The position numbers were made by a program, and so were the translations under genes. The notes beneath the pieces were generated by a model. That model did not search any database. It was not told the DNA's origin and saw nothing but the letters and a program-made list of their open reading frames with translations. Source: Flavobacteriales bacterium (GTDB lineage: Bacteria > Bacteroidota > Bacteroidia > Palsa-965). Taken from it: 64,000 bases of DNA. The DNA is taken from NCBI GenBank assembly GCA_040377305.1, contig JBEIPA010000012.1, positions 64,001 to 128,000 of the forward strand, written 5' to 3'. This document shows positions 37,501 to 46,342 of this stretch, piece by piece. How positions within the stretch are numbered: position 1 is the first letter of the stretch; each line of letters starts with the position of its first letter.

Positions 37501-39856
37501 CGGTCGGCGTATAAGTTGCATTCAACGCGTTAGCATTCGGTGCAAATGTTCCCAGTCCACCGGACCACGTTCCGCCCGTTGCAACGGTTACAGAACCTGC
37601 TAGTGTAGTTGCTGCGTTATTCGCGCACTTGGTTTGATCCGGACCCGCGTTCGCCGTTGGAGAAGACGTAAAGAAGATCGTGATTTGATCAGTCACCGCG
37701 TTACACGTACCGTTTCCGGTGGAAGTCAGTGTGAGTGTAACGTTACCGGCAGTAATTTCTCCGGCGCTAGGTGTGTAAACTGCGTTCAAGGCTGTTGCAG
37801 AAGGATTAAATCCGCCAGCACCACCCGTCCACACGCCACCAGTTGCTCCACTTACAGTTCCAGCAAGAGTTGTGGCAGCATTGTTTCCGCACTTGGTTTG
37901 ATTGGGACCAGCATTTACAACCGGAGAAGGTGTGAAGGTGATCGTAATATTATCATTGACCGGATTACACAATCCATTTCCTGTGCTTGTTAAAGTAAGG
38001 ACAACGCTACCGGCAAGTAATTCGCCCGCGGTAGGTGTGTAAATTGGATTGAGTACGTTGTTCGATGGTGCGTAAGTACCTGCGCCACCTGTCCAAACAC
38101 CTCCCGTGGCAATTGTAACAGCTCCGCTCAATGTTGTATTCGCGTTGTTCCTGCATTTTGTTTGATCGGGACCAGCATTAACTGTTGGAGCCGGAGTAAT
38201 GGTTAATGTCATTGGATCCGAAACAGGAATACACGCACCTGTTGATGTGAGCGTTAATGTTACCGTTCCAACTGCGGCATCACCAGCACTTGGAGTGTAC
38301 ACTGCGTTCAACGTGGTAGCGCTTGGCGTAAATGTTCCGCTACCGGATGTCGTCCACAGTCCTGTGGTCGTACCACCGGCGACACTACCACTGAGTGTGG
38401 CAGTCGTATTCGCACAAATCGTTTGATTAATTCCGGCGTTGACGGCAATCGGAGCAACGAATTCAGAATAGTATCCGTACCGGCAACCGGAAGTACCTCC
38501 GCCATTGACAAGTCCTAATGCAAAAACGTCCAGAGAATTCGCAACACGAAACGTGGAATCGACCGGAACTTGAGTTGTATTATAAGTAATACGCGCAGAG
38601 CTCCATGTTCCACCAGTGCCTGGAACAACAAGGAAAGAGGCTGGATTTATGGTTGCCGTACCTGGTCCAACAATTGTAAATGCATTGATAGCAGCAGTGC
38701 GGCACAGTAACGTAACATAAAAAGTTTCTGCAGTGGTCCGCACAAAATTTACGGCTTGAGATCCGGCACAATTTAATGGCGGTAGTATGGCCATTCCCGA
38801 CTCACATCCAAATCCTGTGACGTGTACGGCATAAATCGGTTGCGTGGCGTGAATGAATACTGAACTTCCTGCGGGACTTGCTGCTAAATAATCCATGTCA
38901 ACGCGATAGTATTCTCCAGCGAATAGTGTAACTACAGGTACAGCTGCTCCATCCAGAAAAATCTGTGTATTGTTTCTGGTTGCAGTGATGATCACACTCT
39001 CATCGCCCGTTGCGTTGAGTGAACCTTTAACGGCTACGTAATCTTCACCAAGAATATTTACCGGAACCAATTGATCCCCCATGAGGTCATAACAACCTCC
39101 GGAAGGATTGCGATCGGAATCGTCTTTGAGAGAAACGGCGACAGGTTTATCGGAAAGCACCACCGCACCAGAAGGATGCGTTGAGGGCTGTTCATAGTTA
39201 GCACCGGTCCACGCACACGAATAAGTTTGACCGATATTAAGTGTCACCGAGAACTGCTGCAACGCCGGATGTCCATCGACAGGAACCGGAGAATAAATGG
39301 TAACTACCGTATTGTTCTGAGTCGCAACAATATCAAAAGATGCATACGCCTGGTGTGGTGCTGCAAATGTATTGTTGAAGAACGGCGCATGTTTGTGAAG
39401 TGGAATGTAAAATTCCTGTCCAAGTCCATTAGGCCCTTTAAGTACCCAGATGTCGGTATTATTGGTGTTTGCAATTTCGTAGTGACACGTGATGGGCGTT
39501 GTAGACGTTATGCGCAACCCCGTATTACAAATAGTATTTGTAGGACGAGTTTCGAGTTGTGCCTTGCGCGGAGTAAGGTTTACTCGTGTTGATCGGTTGG
39601 CAGTTACGTTAACTACAATAGGAACAAACGCACCATTCGCAGGTTGATCGATTGTAACTGTCGCAGCTGCACCTGCAGAAGAAACAATCAGATAGATTGG
39701 TTCACCGCCGGGTGAATTATGCAAATCGGTTACATCCGGTGGAGCTAACCAGAACTGAGTTCCTTGTTGAGCACTCAGAAACTGAGGTGTCGCTAAAAGT
39801 AAAATAGTAAAGTAAAGAGCAAGCGATACCCGGCTAAGGAAGTAGCGTTTCATCAT
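31568..39856 (-). CDS. Giant T9SS type B CTD (gliding-motility-associated) adhesin: IgGFc-binding-like N-domain, 24 Ig-like repeats, PKD
   Basis: Signal peptide from ATG 39856; 24 ~88-aa repeats (NAGxDQTxC...W...GTF.P...TY.P...LTLT.TGNG.C); WYWDFGN; IPTGFTPNNDQTND...IYNEWG...WDG...VTLIR. Confidence 0.92.
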   Translation of the reverse strand: MMKRYFLSRVSLALYFTILLLATPQFLSAQQGTQFWLAPPDVTDLHNSPGGEPIYLIVSSAGAAATVTIDQPANGAFVPIVVNVTANRSTRVNLTPRKAQLETRPTNTICNTGLRITSTTPITCHYEIANTNNTDIWVLKGPNGLGQEFYIPLHKHAPFFNNTFAAPHQAYASFDIVATQNNTVVTIYSPVPVDGHPALQQFSVTLNIGQTYSCAWTGANYEQPSTHPSGAVVLSDKPVAVSLKDDSDRNPSGGCYDLMGDQLVPVNILGEDYVAVKGSLNATGDESVIITATRNNTQIFLDGAAVPVVTLFAGEYYRVDMDYLAASPAGSSVFIHATQPIYAVHVTGFGCESGMAILPPLNCAGSQAVNFVRTTAETFYVTLLCRTAAINAFTIVGPGTATINPASFLVVPGTGGTWSSARITYNTTQVPVDSTFRVANSLDVFALGLVNGGGTSGCRYGYYSEFVAPIAVNAGINQTICANTTATLSGSVAGGTTTGLWTTSGSGTFTPSATTLNAVYTPSAGDAAVGTVTLTLTSTGACIPVSDPMTLTITPAPTVNAGPDQTKCRNNANTTLSGAVTIATGGVWTGGAGTYAPSNNVLNPIYTPTAGELLAGSVVLTLTSTGNGLCNPVNDNITITFTPSPVVNAGPNQTKCGNNAATTLAGTVSGATGGVWTGGAGGFNPSATALNAVYTPSAGEITAGNVTLTLTSTGNGTCNAVTDQITIFFTSSPTANAGPDQTKCANNAATTLAGSVTVATGGTWSGGLGTFAPNANALNATYTPTAGEISGGSMTLTLTTTGNGTCNATTDQMTIFFTPAPTVNAGPNQTVCSNNSLVTLAGSFTTSTGAAWSGGAGTFTPNNTTMNATYQPTPAERAAGSVTLTLTTTGNGGCNPVNDQVLITITPSPTANAGPDQTKCANNAGTTLAGIVTVATGGAWSGGAGTFNPSNAALNATYTPTAGEISSGSVTLTLTTTGNGTCNAVTDQMTIFFSAAPTANAGVDQTKCANNAVTTLAGGITVASGGSWSGGLGTFAPNNTTLNATYTPTAGEIAGGSITLTLTSTGNGTCTAVTDQMTIFFTPAPTVNAGPDQTVCANNSAVTLSGAFTVSSGAAWTGGAGTFAPNNTTMNAVYSPTAAERAAGTVTLTLTSTGNGTCTAVSDQIVITITPSPTANAGPDQTKCANNANTTLAGAITVATGGLWSGGGGTFAPSTAAMNATYTPTPGEISTGSVTLTLTTTGNGTCLAVTDQVTIFFTPAPTANAGPDQTKCANNAATTLAGSVTIATGGQWSGGLGVFTPNSNSLNAVYSPTAGEIAAGSITLTLNTTGNGTCSSVTDQMTIFFTPAPTVSAGSAISVCANNSNATLNGSFTVASGIVWSGGTGTFNPNNTTTNAVYSPSAAEIAAGTVTLTLTSTGNGTCVSVSDQVVITITPAPTVAAGADINSCANAGPVNLNGQVFNAGGGTWSGGAGTYFPNATTLNATYTPSAGEISAGQVTLTLTSTGNGGCNPVTDQVVIFLAPAPVANAGSNQSVCGNNSTVTLNGSVNFCAGGQWTGALGMFTPSNTALGATYTPTAGEIAAGFVDIILTTTGNGACSPVSDTVRITYTPAPTVDAGTAITACANNSVVTLSGSVTVAAGGLWSGGLGSFSPSNTALGAQYTPSATEITAGSVMLYLTTTGNGTCLPEVDSVLITITPSPTVNAGSSQTICVTNLNVSLSGSVSGPTNTGIWSTSGSGTFSPNNTTLSATYQCSAADSLAGSVILTLTSTGNGACNAVTDTMMINILPAGTSAAGSDVTVCGNNAAIALNGVVAGGATTGTWGTTGTGIFTPSNNTLNATYIPSGFDVANGGVTLFLTANSCNFAVDSLVVTITPAPVVNAGPDQTVCSSAMTTTLNGSVSGGTTTGIWTTTGSGTFTPSNTALNATYNPSSGDSTTQTILLILTSTNNGSCVPVSDTMTLNIFPSGTANAGPDQIVCSNNANVLLNGTLGGGATTGQWSTTGDGAFIPNSTTLNATYVPGPGDQISGTVSLVFTATNSCNTAIDFMNIIITPAPIVDAGNSQSTCGVNPTIILNGSVTNATGGIWSGGAGTFAPNNTTLNASYSPTAGEQAAGSVLLILTTTGNGNCNSEQDTVRFYFTPGIVVNAGVDQQVCVSANFTQMQGIVSNGSTTGMWSTLGSGTFTPNDSALNAIYTFSSADTAAGSITLILTSTNNGVCPVETDTVVITFGPSAFAFAGYDQAICASDTLIGLNGFVTGGATTGYWMSTGTGTFNPDDSLLTTGYVISANDVSTGVVTFFLQTIDHGSCLPGLDTVSYTIAPLSVVSAGGNVTICSDNLSAPLGGNVSGASTSGIWSTSGSGTFLPNNTTLNATYIPSASDSLAGSVMLILTATNTGSCVPAADTVTVIIQNPAVVTAGPDQTVCSQGASVNLTGTVTVGSTTGIWTTSGSGTFAPSNTDLNAVYTPSVTDLATGTISLVLTSTGSGICAPRADTMVVTITPVALVSAGPDRIVCGNQTDVTLQGLVSGITTTGIWTTNGTGTFTPNATSLTATYSMSTQDVIAGSVMLILTSTGNSICPAVSDTMIITVEPLPIAAFSSLAGDSLGIDFTDLSTGATAWYWDFGNTATSTQQNPSQIYQTAGSYTVTLIITSSGGCTDTAVSVVTPTEEILTPVAIPTGFTPNNDQTNDVLHVLGGPFSECDFRIYNEWGNLVYSTTDPDGGWDGTYKGKDQPGGVYIYTVIGTTIDGKPVNLSGNVTLIR

Positions 39857-40399
39857 AAGTGTAAGATGCCTGGTTAGAAATTCAAAGTGTGTGGACGGAC
39901 TTTGACGCGAGAAAGTACTTTCAGAATGGTGTGCGAGTAACTGTTTACTCATATGATCGTGTCTTACGTTTAATCTATTGGTGATCCTGACCATAAACGT
40001 CAGGATTTCTTCATGCGCGGTTTTTAAGATGGAGGTGGGACTAGTTCTACTTAAGCGCAGCACAGAACGTCATAAGATCAGACAGAAAACCCATCCGATT
40101 AGTGCGATAGTGCGAAAAAGTGTTTAAAACTGGTGCCGACCTGCCAGGTCTTGAGCCTATATACGTGCATTAGGGTGGGAATGTTCAGCGAATATGTGGG
40201 GAATACCGTCTTTTCGTCGGCAAAAATCGATCGATTGTCAAAAAGTCTTGAATTGAATTGACAATTCAGTGATTCCGATTCCGTTAGAACTTCTGTAAAT
40301 TCATCGTTCTGTAACTTTAACACGCTTGAAGCTTTATACCAATGAATGGCTTGCAATTTGCAATCCTGATGTGGTCAATTAATCTTAACTTTGTATCCT

Positions 40400-41293
40400 A
40401 TGCTGAAGGCACTGATTTTCAACGTTTTTAAGCTCATTTCGCGCATTTTCGACAGACCGTCGGAATCTAATTTATCGACTGTACGCATTCGTACTACTCG
40501 TAGTAAGCGCATGTTCATGCTCGCAGCGGTCATTGTCCCTTCCATGTTGATGGCTCAGGTTCCAACAGGAGTTTATCCAAATACAACCGATGCAAACGGG
40601 AAGAAGCAAGGTGCGTGGAAGAAGGTTGATGAAAACGGAACGTGTATCTACGTCGGACAATTCAAAGACGATCAGCCTTACGGTATGTTTACTTACTTCG
40701 ATACTGAAGGACGGAAGATGACAGAGATGAATTTTCTGAAGGGTGGAAATGTCGCTTATGCAAAGATGTATTACATCGACGGCAAGGTTCAGGCCGAAGG
40801 AAAATATCTCAATCAGAAAAAAGACAGCGTTTGGAATTTCTATAACGTAGATGGATTATTTCTCTCGACTGAGACATGGGTTAACGGTAAGAAGGAAGGT
40901 AAAGTTGTTGTGTATCATCCGGGAACGAAACAGGCAGCAAGCATTACCATTTTTAAAAATGGTTTGGAAGATGGTGAATACGTTGAATATTATCTCGACG
41001 GCCAAATTAAGATGAAGGTGAATTACATCGCGGGGAATATGGAAGGAACGGCAATCTGGTATTTCTCTGACGGTCGCATCAACATTATGGGTGCATACCA
41101 GCACGCGGTGAAACATGGTAAGTGGACTTACTATAATTCAGACGGAACTGTGAAAGGAACAGAGACATGGACGTTTGGAAAACTTACAAGTCAGGAAAAT
41201 TTAATTAAGCCGGAAGATTTATACAAAACAATAGAGAATCCACAAAACCCGAATCATAATCCTGATCCGGGCGGTGGAGGCGGAGGAAATTAG
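40400..41293 (+). CDS. MORN-variant repeat protein (often labelled YwqK antitoxin family)
   Basis: Repeated G.Y...KK.G.W..Y..DG units. Start is uncertain (40400 or 40511); TAACTTTG lies at 40386-40393. Confidence 0.8.
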   Translation: MLKALIFNVFKLISRIFDRPSESNLSTVRIRTTRSKRMFMLAAVIVPSMLMAQVPTGVYPNTTDANGKKQGAWKKVDENGTCIYVGQFKDDQPYGMFTYFDTEGRKMTEMNFLKGGNVAYAKMYYIDGKVQAEGKYLNQKKDSVWNFYNVDGLFLSTETWVNGKKEGKVVVYHPGTKQAASITIFKNGLEDGEYVEYYLDGQIKMKVNYIAGNMEGTAIWYFSDGRINIMGAYQHAVKHGKWTYYNSDGTVKGTETWTFGKLTSQENLIKPEDLYKTIENPQNPNHNPDPGGGGGGN

Positions 41294-41295
41294 CA

Positions 41296-42438
41296 GTGAA
41301 TAGCAAAGGAAAAGTTTTAGTTGCCATGAGCGGTGGGATCGATAGTTCGGTAACAGCGCTCATGTTGCATGAAGAGGGGTATGAAGTAATCGGTATTACG
41401 ATGAAAACCTGGGACTACGCTTCTTCGGGCGGATCGAAAAAGGAAACGGGTTGCTGCAGTCTTGATTCAATCAACGACGCACGCATGCTTGCAGTTGACA
41501 AAGGATTCCCACATTACATTCTCGACATTCGCAGTGAATTTGGTGAGCACATCATCAACAACTTCGTAGAAGAATATCTTGCAGGTCGCACACCAAATCC
41601 GTGTGTGTTGTGTAATACGCACATCAAGTGGGATGCTTTGCTGAAGCGTGCCGATCAACTCGGTTGCGATTTCATTGCCACTGGACATTACGCTTCTGTT
41701 CGTGAAGTGAATGGTCGTTACGTGATTTCGAAAGGGAAAGACGCAAACAAAGATCAGTCGTATGTGCTGTGGGGACTTTCGCAAGAAAGTTTGAAGCGCA
41801 CGATTTTTCCACTAGGCACATTCGAGAAGCCTGTGATTCGTCAAATGGCGGCTGATGCAGGCTACGGCGATCTTGCAAAGAAAGCAGAGAGCTATGAAAT
41901 CTGTTTCATTCCTGCGAATGACTATCGCGCATTCTTAAAACACAAAGTTCCGGGACTCGAAGAAAAAGTCGACGGAGGAAACTTTGTGCGCACAGACGGA
42001 ACGATCATCGGCAAACACCGCGGATATCCGTTCTACACCATTGGTCAGCGTAAAGGTTTGGAAATTGCTTTGGGCGAACCCATGTTTGTGTTGAGCATAG
42101 ATCCGGATACGAACACAGTCGTGATCGGCACGAAAGAGGAGCTCGAACGTCAAACGATGTGGGTGCGCGATTACAATCTCGTGAAATACGCATCGCTTCC
42201 TGAGAATTTCACAGCGCTTGTAAAAATTCGTTACAAGGACGCAGGTGCAATGGCGAACCTCACTGAAGAAGACGGCAAGATCAAAGTTGTTTTCCATTCT
42301 CCGGTGACAGGAGTTGCTCCGGGACAATCGGCCGTGTTTTACGAAGGCGACGATCTCGTAGGTGGTGGATTCATTGATCGCAGAACAGAATTTGTCCCAA
42401 ACAAATCAAATTCGATCTCGGATAAAGTGAAAGCATGA
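41296..42438 (+). CDS. mnmA: tRNA 2-thiouridine(34) synthase
   Basis: AMSGGIDSS, GRTPNPCVLCN, ATGHY, KDQSY, YTIGQRKGL and PGQSAVFY motifs. Confidence 0.97.
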   Translation: MNSKGKVLVAMSGGIDSSVTALMLHEEGYEVIGITMKTWDYASSGGSKKETGCCSLDSINDARMLAVDKGFPHYILDIRSEFGEHIINNFVEEYLAGRTPNPCVLCNTHIKWDALLKRADQLGCDFIATGHYASVREVNGRYVISKGKDANKDQSYVLWGLSQESLKRTIFPLGTFEKPVIRQMAADAGYGDLAKKAESYEICFIPANDYRAFLKHKVPGLEEKVDGGNFVRTDGTIIGKHRGYPFYTIGQRKGLEIALGEPMFVLSIDPDTNTVVIGTKEELERQTMWVRDYNLVKYASLPENFTALVKIRYKDAGAMANLTEEDGKIKVVFHSPVTGVAPGQSAVFYEGDDLVGGGFIDRRTEFVPNKSNSISDKVKA

Positions 42439-43172
42439 GAAAACTTTACGACGCATCGTTTCTTAAAATGCTGACTGCAGTTGTTGCAGTTGCATGGATG
42501 TGTTCGTTTGGGTCTTGTAAGAATGATGAGCCCGTTGACGCTGATATCGGTTATGGATATTTCCCAACCAAAGTCGGTCATTGGGTGATTTACGAAATCG
42601 ATTCTACCGTTTACGACGACTTCGATGGTGATACTGATGTTTACCGCTATCAGGTGAAAGAGATTCTGGAATCGGAGTTTACCGATAACGAAGGAAGACC
42701 ATCCGTGCGTGTTGAACGCTATCGCCGGAACTATGATTCTTCTGTTGCGTACGACAGTTTGCCCTGGTATTTGTCACGTGTGTGGTCATTCACGAAAACG
42801 ACCACAACCGCAGAGAAGTTCGAAGAGAATCAACGTTACATTCGTTTAGCGTTTGCTGCTGTCGATGGAAAATCCTGGGATGGCAATGCGTATAACACGA
42901 TGGGTCAGTGGAATTACAAATACACCGACGTCGATCAGCCTTATTCGATGGGAGCGTTTGCGTTCGATTCCACGTGTTTGGTTGAACAGAAAAAGGAAAT
43001 TAATCTCATCAATCACCGGACGTATTACGAACGATACGCGAAGAATGTGGGTTTGATTGAGAAGAATGTAATTGATGTACACGACACAGGTTTTGCCGCA
43101 ATGCCTGTGATTAATAGAATTCACGACGGTGTGATTTATAATATTACACTGGTAGATTATGGTCCACGTTAA
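42435..43172 (+). CDS. Hypothetical lipoprotein
   Basis: FGSC|KNDE lipobox; YFPTKVGHW; YAKNVGLI; ATGA overlap with mnmA. Confidence 0.75.
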   Translation: MRKLYDASFLKMLTAVVAVAWMCSFGSCKNDEPVDADIGYGYFPTKVGHWVIYEIDSTVYDDFDGDTDVYRYQVKEILESEFTDNEGRPSVRVERYRRNYDSSVAYDSLPWYLSRVWSFTKTTTTAEKFEENQRYIRLAFAAVDGKSWDGNAYNTMGQWNYKYTDVDQPYSMGAFAFDSTCLVEQKKEINLINHRTYYERYAKNVGLIEKNVIDVHDTGFAAMPVINRIHDGVIYNITLVDYGPR

Positions 43173-43218
43173 TAACAATGCGCAGTGCTCAGGTGGCAGT
43201 GCGCAGTAAATTCAGATT

Positions 43219-44889
43219 ATGAAAAAACTTTTACTCGCTGCACTTCTCGTCTCATCTTGTTCGTTGTTCGCACAAGCACCAGTGAAATATTGGGTGCAGT
43301 TTACCGACAAAGGAAACAACACATTCACAATCGGAAATCCTTCCGCTTACTTGTCGCCACGTGCTTTGCAACGCAGAACGAACATGGGAATTGCAATTGA
43401 CTCCACCGATCTTCCGTGCACTCCTTTGTACGTTGCTGGTGTTGCCGGAACTGGCGCAACGGTTCAGGCTCAATCGAAATGGCTGAATGGAGTAGTCGTA
43501 ATTGCCGACAGCACTCAAATGCTTTTGGTGAACGCGCTGCCGTATGTTGCGAATACGATGTTCGTGAGTTTGCGCACTTCGGGTGGCGAGGATGTGAAGT
43601 TTGCTGATGAAACATTCACCCGCGACGAGACTTCAAGTCAACGTCAGGGCAATGTTGAATCCACGATGCTGAGTTACGGACAGGCATTCGATCAGGCGAA
43701 TCAGATTGGTGCGGTGTGTTTGCACAATGCAGGTTACACCGGCGCAGGTATTGTAATTGCTGTGATCGATGCAGGGTTCCGGGATGTGGATATTCATCCG
43801 ATGTTCGATTCGTTGAACGACAACGGACAAATTCTCGGCACATGGGATTTTGTTGCAGGAGACACCAGCGTTTACGAAGACAATACACACGGAGCGATGG
43901 TACTTTCCTGCATTGGAGGAAACTTGCCGGGAACTCACGTTGGAACTGCACCTCATGCCGATTATTGGTTGCTGCGCAGTGAAGAAGCTGCAACGGAATA
44001 CATCATCGAAGAATACTGGTGGTCATGTGCTGCGGAATATGCCGATAGCGTTGGAGCAGATCTGATCAATTCATCACTCGGTTACACGCAATTTGATGAT
44101 CCTGCACAAAATCACATATACGCAGACATGAATGGTGACATTGCCCCTTCTACACGCGCAGCTGATTTTGCTGCATCGCGCGGAATTGTTGTACTCAACA
44201 GCGCAGGGAACTCCGGACAAAATCCTTGGTTTTATATTGGTGCGCCTGCTGATGCAGACAGTATCATTTCAGTTGGCGCTGTCGATGTGAACGGAGTAAT
44301 TGCCGGATTCAGCTCGCACGGACCAACATCAGACGGGCAAATTAAACCTGATGCGTGTGCACGTGGTGCAAGTGCATCAATTGTGGATCTGGGTGGAACT
44401 GTCATGTTCGGTAACGGAACCTCATTCGCTTCACCTGTTTTGTGCGGAGCCGTTGCTTGTCTGATGCAAGCTCAACCTGCACAGAACAATATGGCAATAG
44501 TAGATGCAGTTCGTAATTCCGGCAGCATGTATGCAAATCCGGATTCCGCTTACGGTTTCGGCATTCCTGATTTGTGCGCAGCGAATTTGTATCTCTCGGG
44601 CAGCACATTTGTTCCCGGTAACGACGACACGATGTTGTCTGTTGCGCAAAATCCGTTTACCACTTCACTCGGTTTCTCGCTTTATGTTGCAAACGATCAG
44701 GACATCGTTGTACGCATGTTCGATATGCAAGGCAAACTCGTTGTAGAACAATCTATGTTTGCTGCTGGTGGCGCGATTAACTATTACACCGTTCAGGATT
44801 TAGGAACGGTTGCTGATGGAGCTTATGTGCTGCAAGTGACAACGCTTCAGGAAGTGATGACGAAGAATGTGGTTAAGAATAATCCGTAA
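43219..44889 (+). CDS. S8 subtilisin-family serine protease with T9SS CTD
   Basis: Triad IAVIDAG / HGAMVLS / GTSFASP; oxyanion SAGN; NPF...GAYVLQV...KNVVK CTD. Confidence 0.93.
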   Translation: MKKLLLAALLVSSCSLFAQAPVKYWVQFTDKGNNTFTIGNPSAYLSPRALQRRTNMGIAIDSTDLPCTPLYVAGVAGTGATVQAQSKWLNGVVVIADSTQMLLVNALPYVANTMFVSLRTSGGEDVKFADETFTRDETSSQRQGNVESTMLSYGQAFDQANQIGAVCLHNAGYTGAGIVIAVIDAGFRDVDIHPMFDSLNDNGQILGTWDFVAGDTSVYEDNTHGAMVLSCIGGNLPGTHVGTAPHADYWLLRSEEAATEYIIEEYWWSCAAEYADSVGADLINSSLGYTQFDDPAQNHIYADMNGDIAPSTRAADFAASRGIVVLNSAGNSGQNPWFYIGAPADADSIISVGAVDVNGVIAGFSSHGPTSDGQIKPDACARGASASIVDLGGTVMFGNGTSFASPVLCGAVACLMQAQPAQNNMAIVDAVRNSGSMYANPDSAYGFGIPDLCAANLYLSGSTFVPGNDDTMLSVAQNPFTTSLGFSLYVANDQDIVVRMFDMQGKLVVEQSMFAAGGAINYYTVQDLGTVADGAYVLQVTTLQEVMTKNVVKNNP

Positions 44890-45056
44890 CAGTAGGCAGT
44901 AAGCATTAGAGCAGTCCCGAAGTTTATTCGGGATCCTGATCGCTTACAGCGCATCAGGGTTGGCAGTCCCCACACAGGAGAGTAAATAGTAGTCCCGCCA
45001 TGCGAATCAGGATCGTGTAATTGATTGCGTGCACTTCAGATCCTGCTGCTTAACGA

Positions 45057-46337
45057 TTAAAACGCCGCTGGAGGATCTCCGTAAATAATCTTCAGCTCAC
45101 TCGGTGCGCCTTTCTCAATGGTTCTGAAGAATCCGGCTTTGGTTACTTCGTCGAGTTTGTCGTCTTCGATAAAGACAGCAATGGCAACCTGATTGAAGAG
45201 TGAAACAGAATAGAAAGCACCACCTGCACCTTGTTCAGCAAGTGCATCATTCACAAAGTCGAGGAAGTAAGGCGATTCAATTCCATGTTGCGACTGAAAA
45301 TCCTTCTCGTAGACTTTTCCTTTCAGCGTAAAACGAACGGCGTGGGTAGGACTTTCGCCGATTCTTGCGTCACTAACCCCGGATGGTTCGAAGAATCCTT
45401 GTGATTTTGTTTCGAGTGAAACCAACATCTCTTCATACGGATTGAAAGGATTCAACGTGTCGAACATCAGCGTTGCGAAATAATCATCATAGAAGTCAAT
45501 GATATCCTGCTGATCGTAAATCGTATTCCAGCGAACATCCGATGCGATTGTATCGAACCATTTCTCGTTACTGAAAATTCCGGATGCCCAGAGCTTCTGC
45601 AATTCTTCATCGACTTTCGCAGAATTGTACGCCTGGAATTCCTGCTGTGGCTCCAATGAAAGCTCAGGAATACTCATCAGCGTATCGGCTTGTTGTTGCG
45701 TGAGTCGCATCACACCCATACGATTCACATCAAGATCACCAAGGAAATCATCAACCATTCCGGTGTCGCGTTCATTGGTGAAGTATTGAGCGAGATATAA
45801 ACGAGTGTCTTTGTTCTGATCGGCAAGCATGGTGTTGTAAGCACAATACATGAAATTGTCAACCGGCCAATCTTCGAAGTAGTACAGCTTGCGCGAATAC
45901 CACTTCTCGCCGAACTTCTGTTCGAGCAACACCCAACCGCTGTCATTTCCACCCGGATCATTGGGTAGAAATTTACATTTCACTTCGGAAGGTTTGAGAT
46001 CTGGATATTTCATTCCGATGGTGTCGACTGCTGCTTTGTAAACCTCCAGCGGAGACCGACCGTTCAACTGAAGTCCAATCTGCAACAAATCACCGGAAGC
46101 GGCTAGCATACGTTTCATTCCGTTCGAGGAATCAACGTTGTATACCGAAACCAGCGAGTCGAGTTTTGCTCCGGAGTAATTTTTCAGAAATCCGTTACGC
46201 TTGAGTTTGTCAACTCCTTCTCGGAAGTAGTCGCGACCAACAACTTTATCTGAATCGTCTTTTACGTCGTTTGAATCATCACCGCAGGAAACCAAAAAGA
46301 GAGCAGGGAAGAGGAGCAGGTAAAAGTAACGCTTCAT
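45057..46337 (-). CDS. Hypothetical acidic lipoprotein with internal duplication
   Basis: FLVSC|GDD lipobox; 426 aa; two similar halves. Confidence 0.7.
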   Translation of the reverse strand: MKRYFYLLLFPALFLVSCGDDSNDVKDDSDKVVGRDYFREGVDKLKRNGFLKNYSGAKLDSLVSVYNVDSSNGMKRMLAASGDLLQIGLQLNGRSPLEVYKAAVDTIGMKYPDLKPSEVKCKFLPNDPGGNDSGWVLLEQKFGEKWYSRKLYYFEDWPVDNFMYCAYNTMLADQNKDTRLYLAQYFTNERDTGMVDDFLGDLDVNRMGVMRLTQQQADTLMSIPELSLEPQQEFQAYNSAKVDEELQKLWASGIFSNEKWFDTIASDVRWNTIYDQQDIIDFYDDYFATLMFDTLNPFNPYEEMLVSLETKSQGFFEPSGVSDARIGESPTHAVRFTLKGKVYEKDFQSQHGIESPYFLDFVNDALAEQGAGGAFYSVSLFNQVAIAVFIEDDKLDEVTKAGFFRTIEKGAPSELKIIYGDPPAAF

Positions 46338-46342
46338 AAAAA

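Noticed and set aside
31582-39592. Many short ORFs overlapping the adhesin gene
   Set aside because: They are antisense or off-frame products of repetitive Thr/Gly/Ala codons with no independent signals.
40099-40356. 85-aa ORF in the divergent intergenic region
   Set aside because: TTG start, no recognisable motif or signal; more likely promoter DNA.
40400-41293. YwqK-type antitoxin implying a toxin-antitoxin locus
   Set aside because: Generic MORN-variant repeats in a likely exported protein; no toxin neighbour; it sits in the mnmA operon.
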